Source: a virus. Taken from it: 64,000 nucleotides of DNA. Within the stretch, counting starts at the first letter, position 1. Each line of letters starts with the position of its first letter. A program made the position numbers and the translations under genes. The stretch lies in the IMG/VR virus record IMGVR_UViG_3300020182_002648, positions 82,810-146,809 of that record; one strand, given 5' to 3'. Of the stretch, positions 27,020-35,927 are shown piece by piece. The notes below the pieces were generated by a model. It did not search any database. It was not told the DNA's origin and saw only the letters and a program-made list of their open reading frames with translations.

Positions 27020-29827
27020 TTATTTAAGTCGAGATTCTAGTTCTTCCACTTTCGCGGTTAGTTCTTTTATCGATTCGATTAACAGAGGCACTAGTTTTTC
27101 ATACTTGACTGCCTTGTAACCATCATCACGAGCTGCAACAACCTCTGGCATGACCTGCTCGACCTCTTGTGCTACAACTCCTACATCATGGCCAGAGTAT
27201 GTATTCTGCTTGTCATTCCAGTCAAATTCATATCCGTTTAACCTCGAGACTTTCTCTAGTGGACTGGATATAAGTGTTAAGTTGTCCTTCAATCGTTCAT
27301 CTGACGATGCGAATGCAATAATATCACCTTGACATTCTATCGTACCGGCACAGCTGATATCACTACAGGTAAGTCTCGAAGCAGTTATAATTTGTTTGAG
27401 AACATATATCGAGTCATCGACTCTAACATGACCTGTGAAGGTACCTCCTGTAACATCCACAAAATTACCTTTTGGAATTGACGCATTGTTGCTCAAGTCT
27501 AAATTATCACCATTTCCATGAAAACTAGTAGCATGGCATTGGGAGTTGATTGAGACACCTTCGCTAGTGGTCATGATTCTCCAAGTGTTGTTGTGATATA
27601 ACTTTGAATCTGAATTGCCGGCGAATCTTGCAGATGTTTCAGAACCGCTACCAATTGTTACAACCCCAGCTGCGTTATCCGTCTTGACTTGGAGATGTGT
27701 ACCGGTGTTGATTAACATATTACCGCTAGCTGTTTGCTGAATGTATGATCGCTGAGTAGTTCCTTCCGAAAAAGCGACTTTTGCTTTGTTATTGAATGAA
27801 GTGGTCATACTTGCTCCAGTTGTGGCGGAACTTGCATTGCTTTTCAGAAACGATGCATTACCAATAGCAGTCTGCAAGTCATTTAGTTGAGTTTGAACTC
27901 CTGAGAATCGATTACCTACTTCATGTCTATTGTAGTAATTGGCCTTGAGATCATACACATGTGTGGCTTTAATTGTACCATAATCATTAAAATCAAATCC
28001 GGTTACAACTTGAGCATGGTAAGTCGCACTGTTCTCCACAACACCGGATGTCAGTGAAGGTGTGGACGCTGATCTACCTGTCATCAGATTGTAATCATTA
28101 GGTGCAGTGACTGATCCACCGGACCTGCTAGGTTTAGTACCTACATGCTCTAGAGAGAGAAAACTATCAGATGGTGAGTTGGTCGTAATATTGGTCACGT
28201 GACCGGCTCGATTAAATTGAATACTCTCGACTAACGTACCACCACCGCCAACAGTCGCTAACGTTTGACCGCTAGTAGCATGAGCAGTGAAAAGCGTCTG
28301 TGCGTGGGATTTGTGATTGATCTTGATCTTGTTCCCTGTGATGTTTTGGGTGCTTATGTTAACCTCACTAGAACTACCAGCACCATTACTAGCACTGTCT
28401 CCGACAAATGATATCGCGGAGTGGTTTGTGGTGGGATTGAAATTACCTGTGTTAGTGGATACATTGTACCACTTGTTAAAGAACTCAGTTTGTGTAGTAG
28501 CAGCATCAACAAATGCTGCAGTAGGTACCATACGATTTGCGAAGGATATAACACCGGTCGTTGCATTGGATGTAATATCGATCCAACTAGCAGAATCAAA
28601 ACTAGTGGATTTAGCGCCGGTGCTTGAACCAGTTATCAATTGACCGGCACCAAGAACCAAACTTCTGAACGGACCATCACTGTCTGTCTCATGAGAAGCT
28701 AACACTCCTCCAGCGGCGTATGAACTGTTACCAGTACCACCACTACTCACTGACATAGGATCACCTGGTGTACCATCTGCGTTCTGAATGTTGATACCAG
28801 CGAAAGTCGGAGAGGCTCCTGTGTCAGTGCTTTGATTGATTAGATAGCCATTCCATCCACCGATATCAGTTGCTCCTTCACCGTACACAATCAAACCGGT
28901 CTCAAACACTAGATCAGCATTACCAGAGTATTGACTCGGTCTAGCACTTTTCAGCACCAGAGGCTTACAAGCATTGAGCCCAGAGCCAACTGATATACCT
29001 CCACCGGTCCAACCGCTAGTTGTTTGGGAGTTTCTGTCTAATCTTGTCAATAGATCTGTCTCACCATTGGTCCAGTCGTTTTCATATACAGGTGGTTGTA
29101 TCTCAATAGTACTCCATCCTGTATCATCACCAGTATGTCCGACGGATATATGACCGGCACTCAGATAATTTCTATGAGATAGATACAATCCAGTCTTTTC
29201 TGATGTTCCTCCAACTCCCGGTGCTGTTATATTACCATTAGTTACATTGACGTTAAGATCAAGTGTCTTGTCTTCGTATACAGTTGTATCAGCTTCCGCA
29301 AAAATAAGTTTAGCTGCCTCAAAGGTAGTTGAATCGGTGCTAAATCGTACTGAACCTAATCCAGTATCATCTACATCTACATACAATGCATTACCTATAT
29401 TGATTGTACCTCCGTTGGTTCTATTAATATAAAATTCAGACTCTGCAGAGCCATTGTAAAAGATTGCCGGTTCTGTTTGGCTTATGGTGCTGAACTGTAG
29501 AGGGTAGTCAGTGTTGATAGTCCGGTCTGTGCCATGAACTGATCTGTTGTACTCACCATCACCAACGAGAGAGGCACTCAACCCATGAACATTGATATCT
29601 AATTTCTGCGGCCCGGCACCCTGTTGTCCGCTAGCATCAGTGTAATGTAAGTGTTGATCGGCTCCACTCAAGGCCGGATAACCACCAGGAGTAACACCGT
29701 CACCAATCCATAATCGTTTAGTATCTAATGCCCAGCCTGGTTCCCCACTCGCTAAGATTGTCTTTTCTCTGTCAGAATTATTCCCTCTACGGAATAACAT
29801 TTTAGTAATTGTAGTTGTTGTTGCCAT
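27020..29827 (-). CDS. tail fibre with Mtd-like N-terminus and C-terminal S74 intramolecular chaperone
   Basis: RRG...LASGEPGWALDTKRLWIGDG; SSDERLK...GVVAQEVE...YEKLVPLLIESIKEL. Confidence 0.9.
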   Translation of the reverse strand: MATTTTITKMLFRRGNNSDREKTILASGEPGWALDTKRLWIGDGVTPGGYPALSGADQHLHYTDASGQQGAGPQKLDINVHGLSASLVGDGEYNRSVHGTDRTINTDYPLQFSTISQTEPAIFYNGSAESEFYINRTNGGTINIGNALYVDVDDTGLGSVRFSTDSTTFEAAKLIFAEADTTVYEDKTLDLNVNVTNGNITAPGVGGTSEKTGLYLSHRNYLSAGHISVGHTGDDTGWSTIEIQPPVYENDWTNGETDLLTRLDRNSQTTSGWTGGGISVGSGLNACKPLVLKSARPSQYSGNADLVFETGLIVYGEGATDIGGWNGYLINQSTDTGASPTFAGINIQNADGTPGDPMSVSSGGTGNSSYAAGGVLASHETDSDGPFRSLVLGAGQLITGSSTGAKSTSFDSASWIDITSNATTGVISFANRMVPTAAFVDAATTQTEFFNKWYNVSTNTGNFNPTTNHSAISFVGDSASNGAGSSSEVNISTQNITGNKIKINHKSHAQTLFTAHATSGQTLATVGGGGTLVESIQFNRAGHVTNITTNSPSDSFLSLEHVGTKPSRSGGSVTAPNDYNLMTGRSASTPSLTSGVVENSATYHAQVVTGFDFNDYGTIKATHVYDLKANYYNRHEVGNRFSGVQTQLNDLQTAIGNASFLKSNASSATTGASMTTSFNNKAKVAFSEGTTQRSYIQQTASGNMLINTGTHLQVKTDNAAGVVTIGSGSETSARFAGNSDSKLYHNNTWRIMTTSEGVSINSQCHATSFHGNGDNLDLSNNASIPKGNFVDVTGGTFTGHVRVDDSIYVLKQIITASRLTCSDISCAGTIECQGDIIAFASSDERLKDNLTLISSPLEKVSRLNGYEFDWNDKQNTYSGHDVGVVAQEVEQVMPEVVAARDDGYKAVKYEKLVPLLIESIKELTAKVEELESRLK

Positions 29828-29902
29828 GGTATACTACATTATTTATTTGAGGAGATTCGTTTTCCAATGGCCTTTTACTACATTTGTTGTTATAATATAG
29901 AT

Positions 29903-30274
29903 ATGTCAGATATTAAATCTAAAAAACTTGAATGTATCGTTACAGGGAGAAAGCTCATTGCCACCAAGGATTACTATGCTAGAAAGGTAGAAAAGGCTGG
30001 AAGTGAAGATGAATTGCATAGAACTTATATATGCAGGGAGGCGAAAAATTTACTCAAATCCGGCACCAGTGTCGACAAAGTACGTGACATTCTCGGATCC
30101 ACTGACACTGTGGCGCCTGAGATTGATCAGGATATTATCAACAGTATAGTTGATGACAGTACCAGAACCAGCTTGAGACGTATAAACAATATCGTGAGTA
30201 TCAGCAACATGATCAACAACAAGACAGATCCAGCTGTCAAAAAATACATTTTAAACATCACTAAGACTAATTAA
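29903..30274 (+). CDS. hypothetical protein
   Basis: Start moved to ATG 6 nt after TGGCCT-N17-TATAAT (29868..29896). Confidence 0.6.
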   Translation: MSDIKSKKLECIVTGRKLIATKDYYARKVEKAGSEDELHRTYICREAKNLLKSGTSVDKVRDILGSTDTVAPEIDQDIINSIVDDSTRTSLRRINNIVSISNMINNKTDPAVKKYILNITKTN

Positions 30275-30278
30275 TAAC

Positions 30279-30503
30279 ATGAACAGAGTGTACACAGTAT
30301 CACCAGTTGGACCTGGTATATATCAAACAGCAGACATGTCAAATGGAATGATATTGAGTAGATTCAATATCCCGGGTGTGCTTATAAGTGGACCGATCGT
30401 TAATGGTGATCAGTGCACGATTGTCACCAAGGAGCACGGAACACAACACGGATATACACTGCGACTACCCAGTGGTATGATCATGAACAGATATATCATG
30501 TAG
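30279..30503 (+). CDS. hypothetical protein
   Basis: 74 aa ORF. Confidence 0.55.
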   Translation: MNRVYTVSPVGPGIYQTADMSNGMILSRFNIPGVLISGPIVNGDQCTIVTKEHGTQHGYTLRLPSGMIMNRYIM

Positions 30504-30542
30504 AATATTCAGTCGCGCACAGTGAGATGATTAAGTAATTAC

Positions 30543-30983
30543 ATGAGTGAAAAGGAATCATCAAATACACATGGCGCATGCAATATCGAAGAAAGGCTCG
30601 AAGGAGAGTTACATAAAATTAGGCGCGAAGTAGATGATTTATACGAGACGGTCTACAAAGGAAATGGAGTTCCATCGTTGGTTACACGCGCCAACAACAT
30701 GGAATCCAAACTCAGCGGGTTACGCGAAATAATGAACGACAAAATCTCTCATATATCATCAGAAAATGCACTCAGATTCGAGTCAATAAACCAGAAGATA
30801 GACAGCAAGTTCACTCGACTGGAAGGATGGATAGAGACAAAGTTATCAAGCGTTGAGATGATACTTCATGGTCTGTCTGAAGCGAAAAAAATCGACCGTA
30901 CTGGTGGTTGGCAATTGAAAGCTGCCTTGATCACCGCAACAGTCGCGATAGCTGGTATTGTAGCTTCATTATTATCTAAATAA
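30543..30983 (+). CDS. coiled-coil protein with C-terminal TM (holin-like)
   Basis: C-terminal hydrophobic helix; ATTAAGTA 5 nt upstream. Confidence 0.45.
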   Translation: MSEKESSNTHGACNIEERLEGELHKIRREVDDLYETVYKGNGVPSLVTRANNMESKLSGLREIMNDKISHISSENALRFESINQKIDSKFTRLEGWIETKLSSVEMILHGLSEAKKIDRTGGWQLKAALITATVAIAGIVASLLSK

Positions 30984-31021
30984 AACTTGACTTACACCGG
31001 TGTATACTATATCATTAGTAT

Positions 31022-31516
31022 ATGCACGAGCAATTATTAGAACTAGCTGACTCTCCACCGGACTTAGAGCAGTACACACCTTACGTTCAATATGGACCAC
31101 CAGTTTTAATTTATGGTGTCCCTATCAAGAATAGCTATGATCATGAGAGGTTGACTCTCAATGAGAGTTTAGAACCCAAAAGATTGAGAGTTGGTACTGA
31201 TTGCTTTTATGGCTTTATATTGCAACCGACACGATTGATGAGCAAGGTGTGTAGTGTTGCAACTAGTGTGCCGATGGATCACCCAGACTGTGTCAATATG
31301 TATAAGAAGAGACTCGCCATGTGTGAATTGACATGTGACAATTGTTGGGCTCACTTGAGTGAAAATATTTTTCCTATTGATGCGAATAATTTACCTCTCT
31401 TAGCTATAAATAGTCGGTACATGCGGATGGCGAACCCCATGCCACTACAATCAACTCGCACCAAACTTCCCTGGTTCACACAACACGCACAAATGAAAAT
31501 TTTTATCCTCAAATAA
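31022..31516 (+). CDS. hypothetical Cys-containing protein upstream of nrdA
   Basis: TTGACT-N17-TATCAT-N6-ATG (30987..31015); TAATG coupled to nrdA. Confidence 0.6.
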   Translation: MHEQLLELADSPPDLEQYTPYVQYGPPVLIYGVPIKNSYDHERLTLNESLEPKRLRVGTDCFYGFILQPTRLMSKVCSVATSVPMDHPDCVNMYKKRLAMCELTCDNCWAHLSENIFPIDANNLPLLAINSRYMRMANPMPLQSTRTKLPWFTQHAQMKIFILK

Positions 31517-33156
31517 TGAACGTAAAGAAACGTAACAACAAAACAGAAGAATTTAACGAACAGAAAATTCGCGCTTGTATCGAGAGATGCTGCGTCGATC
31601 CTGAAGGAAATGTATACCCCGGGGTCACAGCTGATACTATAGTGTTTAATGCTAAGATCAAACTGTATGATGGTATAACAACTCAAGAGATCGATGACAG
31701 TATAGTCAAGAGCGCTCGTAGCATGATTGAGCAAGAGCCTAACTACAAGTTTGTTGCTGCCAAGTTGTTGTTAAACACCATATACAAAGAAGTGTTCAAC
31801 ACTGGTGTTGATGGTGATGCGTTTGAATTACAATATCGTACCAGCTTCATTGTGAATCTCAAGAAACTGGTGAAAGCAGGTATCTTGCACAAAGACATGG
31901 CCAAGTTTGATCTTAACAAGTTGTCGAGTCATTTGAAAATTGAGAGAGACAACAATTTCGAATATTTAGGTATTCAGACTATCTATGATAGATATCTGCA
32001 TCATATTGATGAACAGAAAATGGAGGCTCCTCAGGCATTCTGGATGAGAGTCGCCATGGGACTGGCATTAGGTGAAGCTAAGGAAGATAGAGTCGAGTGG
32101 GCTTTGAAGTTCTATGATCAATTGAGCAGTTTCAATTGGATGAGCAGCACTCCTACATTGTTTAATAGTGGCGGGACGTTCAGTCAGCTGAGCAGTTGTT
32201 TCCTCAACACATTCGAAGACAGTATTGTGGGTATATTTGATGGCTTGTTACAAGAGGCTCTCAAGAACAAATATTCAGGTGGGTTGGGTATGGACATGAC
32301 CAACTTCAGAGCCACAAACAGTTATATCAAGGGTACAAATGGAGAGACACAAGGCGCTGTATACTTCTGGAAGCTGTATGGTGACATGCTCACTGCTGTC
32401 AATCAAGGTGGCAAGAGAAGAGGAGCCGGATGTGCTTACTTAGAGACTTGGCATGCTGATATTGAAGACTTTATTCAATTGCGGAAGAACACAGGAGATG
32501 AACGCAAGCGCGCTCATGATATGAACACAGCTAACTGGATTCCTGATCTGTTTCTCAAATGCGTCAATGAGGACAAGCCATGGTATTTGTTCACACCCAA
32601 TGAGACTCCTGATCTTCATGATTTATATGGTAAGGATTTTGAGAAGAGGTACTATGAGTATGTCAAGAAAGGTAAAGCAGGAGAGCTCAGAGTGTTTAGA
32701 GAGGTTCAAGCTAAGGATCTGTGGAAGAAAATGCTTAGATCTCTATTCGAGACTGGTCATCCATGGATCACTTTCAAAGACTCATGCAATCTGAGAAGCC
32801 CTCAACAACATGCTGGTGTGGTTCACAGCAGTAACCTTTGTGTAGTGGGTGATACAGAGATAGATTGTATCATAGATGGTCGTAACAGTGTTGTACGTAT
32901 GGATGAACTTGTTGATCTACATAACAGTGGTAAACGATGTGAGACAATGTCATATAACGTCGATACACAAGAGTATGAATATAAGCTAATAACTGATGCT
33001 GCTATGACGAACGACAACGCAGAGATCCTAGAGATTGAGGATTGTACCTCCGGTAAGGTCATCAGATGTACTGCTGATCACAAGATATACACAACCAACC
33101 GTGGGTATGTACCTGCCGGAGAGCTAACAGAGGAGGATATTTTAGTAATATCGTAA
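31516..33156 (+). CDS. nrdA: ribonucleotide reductase alpha, N-terminal fragment fused to split-intein N-half
   Basis: ATP cone, STPTLFN, QLSSCF, GGKRRGA, SSNL then CVVGDT intein start. Confidence 0.95.
   Translation: MNVKKRNNKTEEFNEQKIRACIERCCVDPEGNVYPGVTADTIVFNAKIKLYDGITTQEIDDSIVKSARSMIEQEPNYKFVAAKLLLNTIYKEVFNTGVDGDAFELQYRTSFIVNLKKLVKAGILHKDMAKFDLNKLSSHLKIERDNNFEYLGIQTIYDRYLHHIDEQKMEAPQAFWMRVAMGLALGEAKEDRVEWALKFYDQLSSFNWMSSTPTLFNSGGTFSQLSSCFLNTFEDSIVGIFDGLLQEALKNKYSGGLGMDMTNFRATNSYIKGTNGETQGAVYFWKLYGDMLTAVNQGGKRRGAGCAYLETWHADIEDFIQLRKNTGDERKRAHDMNTANWIPDLFLKCVNEDKPWYLFTPNETPDLHDLYGKDFEKRYYEYVKKGKAGELRVFREVQAKDLWKKMLRSLFETGHPWITFKDSCNLRSPQQHAGVVHSSNLCVVGDTEIDCIIDGRNSVVRMDELVDLHNSGKRCETMSYNVDTQEYEYKLITDAAMTNDNAEILEIEDCTSGKVIRCTADHKIYTTNRGYVPAGELTEEDILVIS
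32839..33153 (+). mobile_element. split intein N-half (105 aa)
   Basis: Block A CVVGDTEI, block B IRCTADHKIY, then stop. Confidence 0.92.
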
Positions 33157-33187
33157 AAGTATTCAGGGGTATCTCATAAGTAGTTAT

Positions 33188-33976
33188 ATGACGCTTAGAG
33201 ATACCCCTAAACACTATGTATATATGCATACAATAACTACAACAAACAAGTCCTATATAGGATACACATCAAAGAGTGTATCTGAGAGGTTGAAGGGTCA
33301 TTATAAGAATGCTTTCATTAATAACCTACAAGCCCATTGGCATAAAGCTTTAAGAAAGCACGGGATGGGAGCAGTTAAGACTAAGTTACTAGCAGAAGCT
33401 GATTCTAGAGAAGAGGGATTGAAACTTGAAATGGAATTTATCGAGAAATTTGATACTTATAAGAATGGTTATAATCAAACACTTGGAGGTACCGGAGGTG
33501 TTACTATAGACAGGGAACGCGATCCAGAGAAGTGGCAAGCATGGTATGACAAGAAGTTAAAACATGTACAAGGAGCAAACAATCCTAGTTATTCTGGATA
33601 CACTGATGACCAGCTGGTCGACATCGCGGTTGGTTTATATTTAGACAATAACAGATTGTTCACGTACGGTATATGGAAGAGACATTGCCAGTCGTCAAAG
33701 ACTCCACAGAGTTTCTCTAAAATGAGATTCAATGGAGAAGGGTTCAGAGGTTTCAAGAGAATGATCAAACTAGAATTGACAAATAGAGGTATTGATTATA
33801 CTGATGATAGTTTTACATACAAGAGAACTGCTGAGCATAATGCCAATTTGAGAAACAACAATATAGGAAAAAAGTGGTTCACAAACGGGACGAAGAGGTT
33901 AATGACATATCAAGATGACCCGCGGGTATCCGGTTGGAAGAACGGAAGGACTTTAAACAAGACAAACACAATTTAA
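33188..33976 (+). CDS. free-standing GIY-YIG homing endonuclease
   Basis: YVY...SYIGYT...RLKGH, GYN.T.GG; KWFTNG...GWKNGR C-terminus; CATAAGTA 5 nt upstream. Confidence 0.88.
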   Translation: MTLRDTPKHYVYMHTITTTNKSYIGYTSKSVSERLKGHYKNAFINNLQAHWHKALRKHGMGAVKTKLLAEADSREEGLKLEMEFIEKFDTYKNGYNQTLGGTGGVTIDRERDPEKWQAWYDKKLKHVQGANNPSYSGYTDDQLVDIAVGLYLDNNRLFTYGIWKRHCQSSKTPQSFSKMRFNGEGFRGFKRMIKLELTNRGIDYTDDSFTYKRTAEHNANLRNNNIGKKWFTNGTKRLMTYQDDPRVSGWKNGRTLNKTNTI

Positions 33977-33978
33977 TT

Positions 33979-34077
33979 ATGATAAAAATTACAAAACTTA
34001 AACAAAAGCAACCAGTGTATGATATCACTGTAAAAGATAATCACAATTTCTTCGGAAATAATATACTAGTACACAAC
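33979..34077 (+). mobile_element. split intein C-half (33 aa)
   Basis: Blocks F/G, terminal HN followed by +1 Cys. Confidence 0.92.
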
Positions 34078-35205
34078 TGCACCGAGATCACATTAAACAC
34101 AAAAGCGACTAGCTACACAAAAACTGGCAGAAGTGTCAAGGAGTATGGAGAGACCGCTGTTTGTAATTTAGGTAGTATCAATCTGAAGAATCATTTGATT
34201 GAAGTAGATGGAAAAGTAACGTTAGACTATGACAAGCTGAAGAACACAGTGACTGTTGGTATGAGGATGTTAGATAACGTTATTGATATCAACTTCTATC
34301 CGACTGAAGAGACTCGGAGGAGCAATACTAAGCACAGACCAGTAGGCATGGGTAGCATGGGCTGGCATGATATGTTCTTGTCAATGGGCATTGAATTCGA
34401 TAGCGATGAGGCTGTCAAGTTGTCAAGCGATGTGTATGAATACATTTCATACAATGCTATATCAGCTAGTAACGATCTAGCCAAAGCCAGAGGCAAGTAT
34501 GAATCATTCGAAGGATCAGCCTGGTCACAAGGTATATTACCGATGGATAGTTATCGTGACTTGATGAAGTTACGTACTGTGCGAGCTAGCAGTCGATCCA
34601 AACTCGATTGGGACTCTCTCAGAGCGTCTGTAGTTAAGCATGGCATGCGGAACAGCAACACGATGGCCATAGCACCAACAGCCACGATTAGCTCTATTGT
34701 AGGATCAAGTCCGAGTATCGAGCCATATTACAGTGTGTTGTATGTGTACAGTACATTGAGTGGTGAGTTTACCATGGTCAATGATCACTTCGTCAAGGAC
34801 ATGAAGAAGTTAGGATTATGGTCTCAGAGGCTAATCGATGATGTGAAACGTACAGATGGTGATATCTCCAAGTTGACTGATTGGAAAATTCCAGCAGAGA
34901 TTGTGTCCAAATACCGAACAGCGTTTCAGCAGGATCAGATGAAGATGGTTGAATCTGCTGCTGCAAGGCAAAAGTGGATTGACCAGGGGGTGAGTTTAAA
35001 TCTGTACAATGACAAGTCGAGTCTCAAGTTTTTGAATGATTTGTACATGCATGCATGGGAGAACGGATTGAAGACCACATACTATCTACGCAATCGTGCT
35101 GCCAGTACAATTGAGAAGAGCACAGTTGGGTCAACTCCAGAACCAGAAAATATCACAGCATGTAGTTTGAACAGTGCCCCTGGTGAATGTGAAGCTTGTC
35201 AGTAG
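33979..35205 (+). CDS. nrdA: split-intein C-half fused to ribonucleotide reductase alpha C-terminal fragment
   Basis: VYDITVKDNHNFFGNNILVHN|CTEI, CNLGSINL, APTATIS, KTTYYLR, CEACQ; start moved to 33979. Confidence 0.95.
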   Translation: MIKITKLKQKQPVYDITVKDNHNFFGNNILVHNCTEITLNTKATSYTKTGRSVKEYGETAVCNLGSINLKNHLIEVDGKVTLDYDKLKNTVTVGMRMLDNVIDINFYPTEETRRSNTKHRPVGMGSMGWHDMFLSMGIEFDSDEAVKLSSDVYEYISYNAISASNDLAKARGKYESFEGSAWSQGILPMDSYRDLMKLRTVRASSRSKLDWDSLRASVVKHGMRNSNTMAIAPTATISSIVGSSPSIEPYYSVLYVYSTLSGEFTMVNDHFVKDMKKLGLWSQRLIDDVKRTDGDISKLTDWKIPAEIVSKYRTAFQQDQMKMVESAAARQKWIDQGVSLNLYNDKSSLKFLNDLYMHAWENGLKTTYYLRNRAASTIEKSTVGSTPEPENITACSLNSAPGECEACQ

Positions 35206-35388
35206 CGTGAGAATAATATTTGCCTGGTTATTATATCAAGTTGGTGACATTATAAGTAGATTGTTACGGTATAGTATGTTCGCGTGGTTATATCCAGTAT
35301 ATAGCAAGTTGATGTTGTGGAGCTCTCATCTCGATAGTAGTGATGCTATATGGCATAAAAAAAATGACTGATATGTATAAATAATAGT

Positions 35389-35541
35389 ATGCCAGTAACA
35401 ACCACGACTACAAGCACTAGACCTGTACTAGAATCATCGCATGCAGGTGCGATGTTATTCGACACAGATACCAATCAACTCATCATATGGGATGGCACTA
35501 TATGGTATGTATTCGAACCAACGGCCACAATAGATCCTTGA
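35389..35541 (+). CDS. mini fibre-motif protein (50 aa, not in ORF track)
   Basis: TRP...GAMLFDTDTNQLIIWDGTIW; TATAAATA at 35376..35383. Confidence 0.65.
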   Translation: MPVTTTTTSTRPVLESSHAGAMLFDTDTNQLIIWDGTIWYVFEPTATIDP

Positions 35542-35548
35542 TTCCATA

Positions 35549-35854
35549 ATGAGTACAAAGATTATAGGAAAGAACGGGTCGATATGGTTAACTGGTAGAT
35601 CTGCATTTGATCTAGATCAAGGAGGAGTCATTACTTTCCCGTACCCGGATATAGTTGATATTGAGAGTGTCATCACCGCTGCAGCAGCAGAGGACGGTAT
35701 AATGGGATTCGGTACCGATACTAAGAACTTGTATATATCAAATAATGGAAGATGGTATAAGTTTGATTCTAGGTGGCATAAATGGAATACTCACGACCTA
35801 GATTGGAATGAGGAGAGCTTTGTTGCGATTGATTCTAATAGCACACCAATATAG
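35549..35854 (+). CDS. small fibre-motif protein
   Basis: DGIMGFGTDTKNLYISNNGRW. Confidence 0.55.
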   Translation: MSTKIIGKNGSIWLTGRSAFDLDQGGVITFPYPDIVDIESVITAAAAEDGIMGFGTDTKNLYISNNGRWYKFDSRWHKWNTHDLDWNEESFVAIDSNSTPI

Positions 35855-35927
35855 GCTGAATAACTTTCTATAATTAAGTAGTACTTGTTGCTATTTATCA
35901 GCAATAATATATACTAAGTATTGAAAT

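Noticed and set aside
27020-29827. Diversity-generating retroelement target (Mtd-like N-terminus)
   Set aside because: No reverse transcriptase or TR/VR repeat pair seen; the C-terminus is an S74 chaperone
33154-33978. Group I intron or frameshift explaining the nrdA break
   Set aside because: Only 31 nt and 2 nt of non-coding sequence flank the endonuclease, too little for a ribozyme core; complete intein N and C motifs explain the split
35174-35371. 65 aa ORF after nrdA
   Set aside because: Start lies inside nrdA, with no recognisable motif or promoter; a shorter real ORF is possible but unsupported
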